Source: the human T2T-CHM13v2.0 reference genome, Homo sapiens. From it: a stretch of 64,000 bases of DNA. The stretch's first letter is position 1. Every line of letters begins with the position of its first letter. Positions 46,482 to 60,199 of this stretch are shown in pieces. The stretch lies in assembly GCF_009914755.1 (NCBI RefSeq), contig NC_060938.1. The stretch is one strand, 5' to 3'. The notes beneath the pieces were generated by a model that did not search any database, was not told the origin of the DNA, and was given only the letters and a program-made list of their open reading frames with translations. A program made the position numbers and the translations under genes.

Positions 46482-48691
46482 GGCAGACAAGCAAGCAGTT
46501 ATGTAGTTGCAAGTTGAACCTACACACAAATAGGCATGATACAACTAAAGAATTAAAACGGCAGCCCACTGCAGTCAGGGGGCCATCTGACAATATAGGA
46601 AAGGAGATAACTATAGGCTTACTTCTGTATGGTTTTGGGTGTCTGGAATAACGGGAGATGACTCTCTGGGTAGCACTCACCCTGTAGTTGTGCTCCTCCC
46701 TCTCAAGCCACAGTGGTTAACACCACCTTACCAATAGTGCAGTACAAAGAGAAGCCAGTCCTGGCATTCACAGGTAGCTGTGAAAAGCTGGCCCTAAAAG
46801 GCAGTCTCGCTCAATCCCCAGCATCTACTTGGATCTGGGCAGGCAGCCACAGAAACAGAAGAAGCTACAGAGGATGCAGGCACTGGGTTTTGGTGTCTGG
46901 ACATGGAAGAATTGCAGGCCAATATCCACAAATGTATCCGTGAGGCTCTGGTCTTGAAACAAGGATGTGAGGACCCCAGGATGGCTGGTGAGGGACACTA
47001 AGTGGCTCAAAGAACTGAGAAAAAAATAAAAACATAGCAGCAATAGAGACCAGAGTCCGAGCCAGGACAAGGCCTGTCCCTCAGCCACCTGGCTGAAGGC
47101 ATCATCATGACCTCAAGGAGGTAACTGGTGAGTCATACAGAACCACACTGTGCACTCTTCACCATGGTTTATATGCTCACAGTTCAGGCAATTGCTTAGA
47201 AAACTGCATATCGTTCATGCCCCTATGAATCACTTTCCTCCTTTTGTTGTCTTTGTGAAGTCATCACAAAGTTCTGAGTGGAAGAATTCTTCCAGGGACT
47301 GCCAAGGAGTGACACTGTAGCCAGGTGGGTTCAGCTCTCACTTTGCTCAGGATATGGGTGTCCAGTGGCGACAGATCAGGAAAATAGCCCCATACTAAAT
47401 GGTGCCTGGACAAGGCCCATACACACTTGGATATGCTGTCCTGAACACAAGGCACAAGACACAACACGGGAGGACCTTTCATCTCATGTCTCTTACAGCC
47501 AGGGACTGAAGGTGTAGGACAGTAGGAGAAAATAGAGTTTCACATAAAACACCCCAAGGACATCAAAGAAGGCTAGCTGCCAAGAGGTAGGAAGAACTAG
47601 ATTCTTAGGGACTTATCCTTGGGGATTGATACCACCCCTGCCAGGCATCCACCTTTGGGGTGACTCAGAGCCAAGAAAACAAAGGCATGGGATAAGCCAT
47701 GGAAAACAAATTCCTGCTGAGTAGCAAAGAGAGTGGCACCAACAAGTGGCACCATGTGAGTGACAAGAGCAAGCAAATGCTCACACAGGGACAGCTGGGT
47801 GTGCAGGGCCATCACAGCTCCCCCTACCCCCACCACCTGAACACTACGAGACAAATGGGACTCCTGGTTTCTGCCCTCAACATGCTTATATTTGAGAGAG
47901 GCCACAGGACCAGCGAGTGCAGAGTCATGGCGAACTGTACACAACCTGGAGTCAGGAGACCCATGTTCTCACCCTGTTCTGTTGCCTCGGGGGCCCTGAA
48001 GCCCATCGCTAAGTGTTTGGGGCTCCAGTTTGCTCATCTGTCAAGAGAGAACCCTTCACACAGCTCCTAAGTGCTGTGAGTCCCTGTCTCTCAGACTGGC
48101 TAATCTCCAAGGGCCTGCCAGGTCCCACATGCATGCTCTTGAGAGTCACATAGATATCAAAGCTCAAAATTAGCTCCTGGGAGTGGGAGCAAAGCTTCTG
48201 AGCCCCCAGCCCCTCCTGTGAGCACATACCTCAAGGCACATGCCCCCAACAGCCCAGAACTGACACATTTTTGATAGTTCCTGAGTACATGGATTTCCAG
48301 CCCTGGAAATGTTTGTTTTAACTTACCAGGAGAAAAGAATTTGGATTCTTTTTTAAATATACACAAAGGGAATACATTTGTATATTTTCAGATACAAAGT
48401 GGATGGGAAGCAAGGCTAAAGACTGTTCTTTTCCCTTAGCTCATGTGAGTGCTATTCCTCACGGTGAATTCTCCAAAGACCATGAATGGCAGAGATCTTT
48501 GATCTCCCTTCTAGCCTGTCTCGATGTGATAGCCTGGACATGGGCAGCTATCACGCCACCCTTCAGAACCTCAGCACTTCAATGACCACATCCTGCCATC
48601 ATCACCCCCATGGAGGTCCAGGGCCCCTGCCCCACTGCCTACCTCTCCACCTGTGCCCACCTCTCCACCTACCCGCCCCTTGTCACATTGA

Positions 48692-48768
48692 CAGATAAAA
48701 TACAGGACTCCCAGTTAAATGCAAGTGTCAGATGGAGAACAAATAATATTTTAGTATAACATGTGCCT
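48692..48768 (+). mobile_element. MER53-like hAT fragment
   Basis: cagataaaatacaggactcccagttaaat...aataatattttagtataa. Confidence 0.6.
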
Positions 48769-49843
48769 TCCTAGGCAGCACAACTGAAGCAGGCCCCTTC
48801 CAAGGATAGAAAAGTCCTCCTCTCTTCCTAAGTTTGTGTCCATAGAATCTCATCCAGTGGCCTTTCTGTCCCCTGGCTTCAAATGAAACCTGCCACTGCC
48901 TCTCTCTCAGGGTGAAGTGTGAAGACCGTGGCTTCCAAGGCCAATAGGCATGGAGGTAGTCATCCCATTCAGACGCCAATGGTTCTTAGTCAAAAAAGCT
49001 GCTTATGGCTGGAGTCAAAAACATGTCTAAGCGTGACTATCAGCCCCAGTGCAGAAGAGTCTGGGGAGAGGGAGAAACAAGAAACAGATATTACCACAAA
49101 ACACTCCAAGGGAAATCTCACTACAAAAAAAGAGGTTGTTGCCTGGTGATGGCTGGCAATGGGCCATGAAAACCTAGTTCTGATTTTTAGATACAAGAGA
49201 CAAGCCCAACGTGTCACCCAGCCTGGATCCCATAGAGGTCACATGGACAAAACAGTACTTGAAGATCTTTGACCTGCCTAGGTGGGCAACTGGAGTGGAA
49301 GCTCCACAAGGGTATGAATGCTGTCTTTTGTTTTCCTCATCTCTATGGACTAGTCCATCTAGTCCAGGACTAGCCTCAGAGTGAGCATCCGATGATCGTA
49401 GGAAGACTGAATGAATGCGTGAACACATGAATGAATGCCTACATTCTCCAATATGTCCCAGAAAGTGTCAAGAGCTTTGTAACGCAAAAGGCTCTGAACA
49501 ACTCAAATAAGAAACACAAACATGTGCAGTGAAAGGGCTAGGCCTGGATGGCCTGTGAGGTCATTGGCAATGTGGTGAGCCCTTGAGCCTGTCATACACA
49601 GGCAAATAACTTCACTGAAAGAATTTTAAACGCTACCTCCAACACCCTAGCTCAGCATCTATGGTTGAAGCCACCATGCCCAGTCATGGTGATAACCCCA
49701 GAAGGGAAGGGTGCAGAGACGCCAAGAAACAAGAACTTGGAGAGGACAATGAGGACCAAATGACTGGGGAAATAAGGGATGAGTGGGTAGGAATCCAAAG
49801 AACAGAATAGGAAAAATAACTCAAGATCCAGCACTGCTTTCCA

Positions 49844-49845
<2 letters not shown>

Positions 49846-49889
<44 letters not shown>
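49846..49889 (+). repeat. (CA)n microsatellite
   Basis: Direct reading. Confidence 0.95.
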
Positions 49890-49892
<3 letters not shown>

Positions 49893-50714
49893 GACAAAGA
49901 TTCCCCCCTTCCAGATCCACACTGCGTGCCTCCTGCCAGCCCCATCCCATCATCCTGTGACAGTGCTTCTTTGTGGAATAGAACAATAGGTACATTATGC
50001 CAACCTATAATTATCCTAGGAGAAGCGATGGCGAAGTCAAGGCATTATGTGAACACTGGAATACTGGATACCACCCCACCAGGAGCAAACAACAACAAAA
50101 ACAACAACAATCCACAAAATCTCTAACGCAGATAAAGACTGAAAGCTGCCTAAGCCAGTGCCCTTTCACATTCATATGAGGGTGGGATTTTTTCCTTTTC
50201 ACATGATTATTTAAGCACAAGGCCTTCTTTCATGGAATTGATAGAGTATTGGGGGAAGGGGCTGAGAGGTTGGGTTTGTTTGTGTTTTTGTTTTTTTTCC
50301 CAATAAGGAGGCAGAAAGTAGAGGAGGTCGTGAGCACGAGAAAGTGCCACTGCTAGGGTATGACACATAGAGCCCTCAAAGGTAGTTGAATCTGATTCAA
50401 CTGAGTGAAATCATTTCATTAATAGAGATTCCTTCTCACTACTCCTGTGAAACTACTTTCCAGGGACGTTGGTATAAAATAGGCTGAGTCCTGGGAGGTG
50501 TCATGGAAGACAGAGACAAGAAATCAGAATATCTGAATTCTTATATCACAGCCACTAACTAGCTGTTTCCTTGATTTATTCAAGAGGTATGTGTTCCCTA
50601 TCTGCCACATGCTAGGCATCAAGCTAGCAACAGAAGGAAAAAACAAAGCAGTAGTCACTTTCCTCTCGGAGCTTCAGCTTCCTACTGTGTAAAACGAGGG
50701 AGTCCCACAGCCCT

Positions 50715-50716
<2 letters not shown>

Positions 50717-50762
<46 letters not shown>

Positions 50763-50777
50763 AGACACACACACACT
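50717..50777 (+). repeat. Interrupted (CA)n microsatellite
   Basis: Direct reading. Confidence 0.95.
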
Positions 50778-50875
50778 TCTAAATACAAGGTGCAGCCCCA
50801 GCCTCCCACAGGACCTGCCTATACAGGCCATGACTGAAGAAGGGGGAAACCTGCAGCCTCTAAAACTGCACAGAA

Positions 50876-51209
<334 letters not shown>

Positions 51210-51250
51210 TCACAGCATGCCATGCACGCACAGGGTCAGAGCAAGAGTAT

Positions 51251-51594
<344 letters not shown>

Positions 51595-53245
51595 CTAGTT
51601 TCTGAGGGCTCTCTCTAATGGGGACCCTCCTCTTGAATTGTGGTCCCATGGGTTCCATCTCTTCTGGGATCCAGTCAGGGCTTCTTCCTTCATTCTCAGG
51701 CACCTTCAGCCTTGAAACTCCTTGGCCTCCTTTCCCTTCACCTTCCTGGTGAAACATAACAGAGGGTCTTCGAGACAATTCCTTTAAATCATCAAAGGGC
51801 CTATCTAGCAATGTCTAACTCCATTCCTTAACGTTTACTGAAAAGCTCCTCAAATACATGATCCTCCCCTCTACCCGTTCCCCTCAGCTCTTAGCCATCC
51901 TTCCTCAGATGGTACTTTTTCATAGGGACTAATTTCTTCCTTCTTGCCAAATCCAGTGGCCACCCGTGGGTGGTCCTGCTGCTCAACCAACGTATGACAG
52001 TATTAGCCATGCGCTCCTTGAAACACTCAGAGCCTTGATTCTACTCATTCATTTAGTTCCTCCCCAAAAGTTCCCTGAGCCCCTGCTAGGCAGTGGGGAT
52101 TTGGCAATAAGACCCAGTCCTTAGTCCTCTGCTCATCTCTCCACACTCCGCTCTTATGGCTCCAACTCTCACATCAGCAAAGGGCTTTCAAAGACTCAAA
52201 GCACCTCCACACTCATTACCTCTTGTAATAACAAAATTCAACTCTGCAAACTTTGCAAAACACTTTATATCGTAATCCTTTTTTCCCCACCCGCACTGGG
52301 CGAAAGAACCTATTCTTGCAACCAACACTATCCTGAAAATGTGGAAAACCTCTAATGGAAGTGCAACCAAGTGCTCCTGGAATTCGACATGCTTTTTTAT
52401 GTCCTTCCCACCCCTAGTTCTCCCCTCCCTGCCCACTCTCCCTTCGCACTTCGCTTGCCTACCTTACAGCAGAGTTCATTTTGTCGGTCTCTTCTAAGTG
52501 GTGGGCTCCTGGAGGGCTTCCAACGGACTGATCTCTTTGTAGACTCCATATTACTCGGTGCTTAAATATTTGTTGAAATGCAGCAAGATCAGGGAGTAAT
52601 TCAGCACCAATTGTTTACCTGATCCTGGAAACCTCATCTCTGCCCCCTCCATTCCCCAGGAGAGTCTGCCCATTTGAAAACTGTTCCTGGGTTTATTTCT
52701 AGCATGGCCCTGGAGAGGGCTGCCCTACCCCGCAGGGTCAGGGAGGTGAGTTTTCTCTCACCTTGGGTACTGCAGAGCCCACCACCAGTCCACCCTGAAA
52801 CCTCAAAGCAGGCCCACAGGGTAGATATCTAGGGACCTTGAAGCAAACATTTCACCTATTCAGGACACAAACTAAATAAGCTTGTGTCGCTTAGTAATTC
52901 TGTAATGTCTTACTTATGCCCTTGGGCAAACTCCTTAAAATATTTGTTTCTGTTTTCCCATCAATAAAATGAGAATTGAAGCACCTATTTCTTAGGATTA
53001 TTGTGAAGATTTGATGAATTAACACTAGGAAATGTGCCTAGCACTGTTTAATATGTGGCAGAGGCTCAATAAATACATTATTATTATTATTACTATTATT
53101 GACAGGTTAAAGGCCTGTGATGATACTGACTCCAGCATAACTCTGATACTGCCCCTTTGACTCGGCTAGTTTTGACAGAGGGCCCTTTGACAACACCTAA
53201 AAAACAAACCACTAAACTTTCAGTTTTTAAAAAAATACCAGGTAA

Positions 53246-53678
53246 GCTGGGTACAGTTGGCTCACGCCTGTAATCCCAGAACTTGGGGAGGCCAAGGCTA
53301 GAGGATGATAGGAGGATCTCTTGAGGCCAGTTTTTAACAACCAACTCTCCAGCGAACTAATCCATTCCTGCCAGAACAAATCCAGTCTTACAAGAGTATG
53401 AATATTAGAGCTACAAGGTACCGCCAAGAGACAGGGTTTTGCTTTGTTGACCAAGACCAGCCTGGTCAACATAGGAAGACCCCATCTCTACAACAAATTT
53501 AAAAATTAGCCAGGCTTGGTGGCACATACATAGTCCTAGCTACTCAGGAGGCTGAGGCAGGAAGATCACTTGAGCCCTGGAGTTGGAGGCTGCAGTGAGT
53601 TATGATCACGCCACTGCATTCCAGCCTGGGCGACAGAGCAAGAACCTGTCTCTAAAACAACAACAACAACAACAACAA
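53246..53678 (+). mobile_element. AluJ carrying a ~125-bp foreign insert, with (CAA)n tail
   Basis: Left arm is broken after ttgaggccag (53330) and resumes at aagaccagcc (about 53453). Confidence 0.9.
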
Positions 53679-54669
53679 GTAATGTGAGAAACAAATGCCC
53701 TCCCTCCCTCCCTGAGGGTCACCCACAGCCTGACCTGATGGATGGGAAAAGATAAGCTCAGAGATGGGGTAAGGATAAGGTGGGAGTTAGGAATGGGGTA
53801 GAGGTCAGGGATGGACTGAGAACTAGGAAAGGGAAGGATCAAAGATGGACTGGAGGTCTGGAAGCAGGAAGAGAGAAATGGAGTAAGGGTCAGGGCTGGA
53901 GACCAGCAGAACCGAGGTGAAATTTAGGACCATCTGATGGATGGTCACATTAATAACTTTAATTTTTCACCACCAGCTCCCACTACAGCATCCAAACATC
54001 CTGCTCTGAAGGAGTGGGAGCAGGGACAGGGAAGAAGAAGAAACCTTAACTGAGTGAACATTTTAAAACAAGCAGGACATTTCGAACTCAAATAGTAAGA
54101 GTCACTTTGCTGTCCAAATCCCACCAGTCCTTGGTGTAATACTACAAGTGGGACTTACAAGCAGGACCCGCAAGAAGGTTCTAGTAACTACCTCAGCTTG
54201 CAGGACGTAAAATGCCTGGCGAACTTTGCATTCCAAGGACAGGAGTCTTCCAAATTAAAATTTTAATAGTGTGTGAAAATAGTTCGCCATTTACTCTTAG
54301 GATGAGGTAGTGTTTAGAAAGTCAGCCTGGAAATCCAGGCCAACATTTTCAGGGATGCCTCCTATTCTGGGAGGAGAAAAACCAGCTTGTTGCTTCCCTC
54401 CAGTAGCACAAAGCAGCAGGGAACCGGAAAGAGAGAGGGGTCTGAACAGCTTCTTCTACCAGGAAACCAGCCAAAGGTCTCCGGGCATGTAAGGACATCT
54501 GTTTTCAGAAGCTATGGTTTGGATTTTGGCATTCTTAGGAGTCTAGGAGCAATCCTACTAATTTGGGTTCTAGCTCCAACCATACTACCTACCTGCTGTG
54601 CGAACCCAGGCAAGTGATTTTACCTCTCTGAGCCTCTGTTTGCTCATCTGGCCCTCTAGACAAGATTAA

Positions 54670-54980
54670 CTTGGCAGTGCCTTGTAGCTCTAATATTCAT
54701 ACTCTCATAAGACTGGATTTGTTCTCACAGGAATGAATTAGTTCCCTGGAGAGTTGGTTGTTAAAACACCAGGGCCCCCTTGGGTTTCCCCATCTTCACA
54801 CGTGTCTACTTTCCCTTTGACCTTCCCTGCCATGTTGTGATGCAGAAGGAAAGCCCTCGCCAGAGGACAGGGCCATGCCCTTGAACTTCTCAGCCTGCAG
54901 AACCATAAGCTAAATAAATCTCTTTTCTTTATAAATGATCCAGTTCCTGGTATTCCATTACAGCAACACAGACAGACACT
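54670..54980 (+). mobile_element. MSTC/D-like MaLR LTR, 5'-truncated
   Basis: gagagttggttgttaaaa...cccttgaacttctcagcctgcagaaccataagctaaataaatctcttttctttataaat. Confidence 0.8.
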
Positions 54981-56489
54981 CCCACATCATCATCACACAG
55001 GGCTTGGGCTGCCTGGCCCTGGCCACTGCCTGCCAACACCAGGCCTGGTCCCTCCATCATCTAGGACCTTGGGGAACATGGCACCGGTGAAGGGCATGGG
55101 GGTTACCAGAAAGAGTGAGAAGTCGGCAGGTCAGCACGGCCACACAAGCCACCCTCTCCCAACTTATGTGCAGGCATGATGGCTCCCCATCCACCAGCAC
55201 TCCTGAGGCCACTACACCAGGGAGGAAAGAAGTGCATGGGGAGGCCTGGTCACACCTGCCCTTCCTTTCAGAACCCTGCATGTGGCTGATGGCAGGTCCT
55301 CGGCGCCTGGTGGAAGAGAAAGGGAAGGTGGCACTGGGCTCCACAGGCAGTGATTCTCAGCCCTGCTTGTCACTGGGAGCTGGTTCCTGGGTCCCACCCC
55401 AATCTCTTATGATTCCATAGATCAGGAGGAGACCCAAGAACCCAACTTTTCACTTAGCTCTCCAGGGAATACCAATGCAAACGGCCACTGACCACCCCTT
55501 GAGCGCCCTGTGGATGAGAGGGTGGAACTAGAGGTTCTAGAAGCAAGTGCTTGAGTCCCCTCACTAGCTGAATGACTCTGGGCAGTTTACATCTCCTTTC
55601 AAACCCTCAACTGCCCATCTGAGAAATGGGGATATAAAAGTGTCTGCTTCTTGGGGTTATTTAGAGAAATACATGAGAAAAAGGATGGAAAGCACTTAGC
55701 ACTGTGCCTGTACATGTTGAGAATCTATAAGAGAAGATCCCCTCTTACTATTCAGGGGTGACTTGTACAAATGCCTTCTTCCATAGCAATCCCTTACTAA
55801 ACTGGAGCATTTCATAGGGAAGATGCGAATAAGGGCAATGAAGCCTCAGATACAGAGGGCAGCGGAGTGCTGAGACACCTCCGTGCCCTCCCACAACATC
55901 CCAGTGCTGTGGTCCAGCAACATACCCGCCCCATCCCTCCAACTCAGAACATGCTCGTTGATGTGCCTGAACCCAGGCTAAATGGGAGCACACCTATAGT
56001 GGGGGTTCCCCTGTCAGAGATATGCACTGCAAGGGCCTGCGGTCCAGGACACAGAGGAAGGAAGAGACGGGCGGAGAACGTGAATCACATTCATGCCAGG
56101 GTGTGTTCTAATACGTCAGCAAATGTGTACCGAGCTTCCGGGCTGCAGAGGAAGGTGGGCGTGTGTGGGGTTAGTGACTTGAAGGGAAAGAGGGGCATGA
56201 AAAAGAAGGGGGTGAAGAGTTAGAACTGGTGCAGCAGCTGGGTCTCACACACAAATGGCATGACTCTACTTCACAGGAACTACTCAGAAAGGGAAAAGAA
56301 AAACTAACTCTAAGAAACAAAGATCTGCCTCCAAATCCAAGAATGGCAGTAGAAAATAGGGTCCCCCACCCAGCAAGCACCCACATCACGTTTCATCAGA
56401 AGAACTCTCTATTCTCAGCCAGGCCTGGCACACTGCCTTGACCTTCCCGATCCTGGAGCTGGGCCCTGGGCTCAGAAGACCCCAGACTG

Positions 56490-57265
56490 TCATTGCTGGA
56501 AACAGAATCATTGCAGATATAGTTAGTCAAGATGAAGTCACACTGGAATAGAGTGAGCCCTAATCTTACAGGACTAGTGAGTTAGTCCATTTGTATTACT
56601 ATAAAGGAATGCCTAAGACTTGGTAATTTGTAAAGAAAAGAGGTATATTTCACAGTTCTGCAGGCTGTAGAGCAACCACGGTGCTGGCATCTGCTTCTGG
56701 TGAGGCTTCAGGAAGCTACAATCATGGCGGAAGGTGAAAAGGAGAGCAGGCGTGTCACATGGTGAGAGCAAGACCAAGGCAGCAAGGGTGGGAAGTCCCA
56801 GACTTTCAAACAACCAGATCTTGTGTGAACTAACTGGGTGAGACTTCACTCATCACCAAGTGGACGGTGCTAAGCCATTCGTGAGAGATCCACCCTCATG
56901 GTCTAATAATCTCCCACCAGGCCTCACCTCCAACATTGGGAATCACATTTCAGCATGAGCTTTGCAGGGGACAAACATTCAAATCATATCAATTAGTGTC
57001 CTTATAAAAAAGGGAAGTTTGCCCCATGAAGGAAGAGATTGGGGTGATGTGCCTACAAAGCAAGGAATGCCAAAGATAAGACTGCCAGCCAAGCCCCAGA
57101 AGCCAGCAGAGAGGCCTGGAACAGATTCTTCCTCACAGCCCTCAGAAGGAACCAACCTTGCCAACACCTTGATCTTGGACTTTTAGCCTCCAGACTATGA
57201 TAAAATAAATTTCTGTGAAGTTACCCAGTCTGTGGCACTTACAGCCACCCTAACAAACTAATACA
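56490..57265 (+). mobile_element. MLT1B/C-like LTR split by an antisense MST LTR
   Basis: Flanks join as ccctaat..gactagtgtccttataa, which is MLT1 sequence. Confidence 0.75.
56578..56991 (-). mobile_element. MSTB-like solo LTR
   Basis: tgagttagtccat...aaatcatatca with 5-bp TSD actag / attag. Confidence 0.8.
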
Positions 57266-58229
57266 CCCAGAACCTTACTATCCTTCACCACACCGATCAC
57301 CAATGAGGCAAGTCAGAAATTTCCAAAAAGTCTCCACATTTATTTTTCTACCCAATAAACCAGACATGATAGAGGAATTCAAATATAAACAAGACATAGG
57401 CCCTGCCTTCCAGAGCTCCTAGGCACACAAATGTTAGTCACTTTACACTTTGCAAAACACTTTCACATATATTGTCTCTTGTAGATCCCCCCATCTCACA
57501 TTGAGATGGGAAGGGCAACCTGTAGGTTACTCCCATTCTGCAGATGAGAACACTGAGTTTTGGAGAGTTGGTGGCTTGCTCCAGGGCACCCAGCCCTGGA
57601 GCGGCAGAGAGGGAGCTGCAGTAAAGTCTTGAGTCCAAGACAACATTGGTGTGGCTGTTTTCTTTCAGCCTGTCTTGCTGCCTCTCCTGCCGTCTTGGAA
57701 CCTCTTGCCTCCTTCAAACAGAAGCCCCTGCACTGAGGTCTCTTGTATCTAAGATCTGCCCCAAGTGAGCTCCAGGAGGCAAGGAGGGAGGCCAGCCATG
57801 TTAAAGACCAAGTTAAAGACCAAAGTGGCTGCAGCACCATGAGATACCAGTGTAGTCCCCCACCTTCTCTCATAGTCCCTTACCCTGAGGCTGCTCCCAC
57901 CAGCCCCGCTTACCTTTTTCCCATCCCCACCCCAGGCCCCCAGCCTCTCCCATCCCACAGGCAGGGCAGGTTCCTGGTAACAGCATTGCCCAGTGTTGTC
58001 AAAATAGCGAGGAGCTGGAAAGAATTCCAGAATGAAATCTATGTGCCTCTGCAGCCTCCCAACTGACTGCCACTGTGGCAGCTAAACCCGCTAATGTGCT
58101 AAGCGTTTTCTGGCAGGGCCAGGAGGCAGGGTTGGTATTTTGGGAGCTGGGAGGGGCTTGGAGGCAACATCCTCGGCAAGTCTGGGAAGGAGGTGGAGGC
58201 AGGGAGGCAAAGGGAACCGACCCAGAACA

Positions 58230-58450
58230 CTTCCCATGACGTCACCGAGAGCCACCTGAGCTGCACCTCAGGATTCCTGAAACACTGCTGGCGGAGCGGA
58301 GAGTACGGAGAGTACGCTGGGCCCGGTGGGCAGGGCTCAGCAGGGCATGGAGGCTTTGTAGCTAGGCCTGGGGGGAGAGGGCGCTCTAGTATGCCACTTG
58401 TCATGTACACTTTTTCTGCTGACACAGAGCAGTGTGCAATGCGTCCGGGA
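58230..58450. promoter_or_regulatory. Candidate intronic enhancer (CRE plus latent HRE, GC/CpG-enriched unique DNA)
   Basis: TGACGTCA at 58237-58244. TCATGTAC at 58401-58408 is one base from CACGTA. CpG is locally elevated. Confidence 0.5.
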
Positions 58451-60199
58451 GGCTGGGCAGCCCAGGGCTGGCCCAAGCTCTGTTTGCCTGAGTTGGCAGT
58501 GGCAGGGCCCATGGTGACCAAACAAAAGACGGGAAGCCAAACGCCCAGAGGCTGGCGGGTGAGGCTCCCTGAGAGGGCTCTGAGGATACAGGCACTGGCG
58601 AAGAAGGGCCAGGGGCTCATAGGGATAGGAATGGGTTTGGGGGCAATGGGAACTTGCAGGCAGGGTCCCCTCTGGTTTCCCAGACACACCGCATCGCCTC
58701 TGGGCATCAGCCTCTCCACACTGTCCTTGCTTTTCGGGGGCTCCTTCGAAAATGCTTCAAACCATGACACCAGGAAGGGGAGCAAACCACCAAATCTGAG
58801 ATCCAAACAAGGTCCCAGCATTCCTTTGTCCCTGATGGGCTCGGCTCCAAATTCTGGGAGAAACCAGAGGGTTTTGAGAGAGTCAGGAGAGGGGTTCAGG
58901 GGACAAAAAATAGGGCTGGTGAAGAATTCCTTCCGGGAGCCGTCTGGTAGCAGGGAGTACCGTGGGTGGCAAGGCCGTGCTGCTCAGGTGAGGGGACATG
59001 GTGTCATTCTGGGAACAGATGAGCCAGTAAAACCCTGACAGGATTCAATCTGGAGGAAAAAAATCCCAGCTGATAGGAACTGCTGAGCGCTTGCAGCTTT
59101 TAAAGCCCCTCTAGCAAAAGGATCTGCAAAAGCTTTGCAAACTCTGACCACGCAGCCAGTCAGCCACTTCCCAGCCCACAGCAACGAGAGAGTTTTTGCT
59201 ACATCAGAACAAACCCACTCACAAATATCTCATCCTGGCCTCCCCCCCGGCACCCATTCCTTTTGGGTCTGTGTGCCTGCCTTCCTCAGAAATGACATTT
59301 TGTCAGAGCAGTGAGAGATAGTGTTGCAGGGGCCAAAGGCAGCCAGGGGGCTGGACTGCAACTAGGCTCCCCTGCTCACTAGCGGCTGACCCCAGGCAGG
59401 GCACTTAACCTTTATGAATCTCATTTTTTAATCTGCAAAAATGCAAATAATGAAGCTGCTCTTACAGAGTTGGTGAGAGGACTAAATGAGATGATGGATG
59501 CTGGGGCTCGAGCACAGAGATGAGGGGCTCCATGACGGCTGGTCCCCCTCCTTCCCACCTTCCTCTCCAGGGCCCTCCGGCACCATAATCAGTGTGGGAA
59601 GGATGCAGAACAATGGGAGTTTAATTCAGAGGTTGGCGAGGCAAAGGCATACTTTAATAGAATTCTCTCTCGCCCAGTACATGGTTTCTTGTCCACCCCA
59701 CCCACCTTTCCCCATCTCTACCGGCTGATAGTCTCTCAGCTAGTAGACCTTTTCTTGTTTAGCAGGGCCACTTTTTTTAAAAACTCCAGACGGGTACCCT
59801 CCATGTTGCAGGCGACGTGGCCCTGGATCACTCAACTGACTGTCATTTGAATGGTGCCCCCAGAGTGAGGCAATGGTGCAGCCCTCCTAAGGCCCTTCCT
59901 GAGTGTCCCTCCTTCATGAAGATGATTCTGAGGCTTCCCAGGCCTTCACCCTTCTTTGAAAGCCCATAGCAGTTCATATGCACTTCTCTTCTATGCTCAC
60001 CAAACTCTGCCTTCATCATACTTGGGGGATGTGTGTGAGAGCAAGAGAGAGAGTCCAGCAGGGATTAGATCTGACTTTTATATTCTCTACAGTGCCTGGC
60101 ACAATGCTAACACATTTGATGAGGCCAGAATTACCCTGATACCAAAACCAGTTAAAGACATTACCAAAAAGAACTTTTTCAATATTTTAATTCTTACCT

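Noticed and set aside
45971-46680. HPSIH/MDGW-repeat ORFs
   Set aside because: Translations of the (TGGA)n repeat.
53115-53150. C/D-box snoRNA-like motifs (gtgatga...ctga)
   Set aside because: The boxes are only about 20 nt apart, there is no terminal stem, and they are antisense to the host gene.
58099-59038. Overlapping 281-aa (+) and 240-aa (-) ORFs
   Set aside because: No recognisable domain. Long frames on both strands are expected in GC-rich DNA, and the region is better explained as regulatory.
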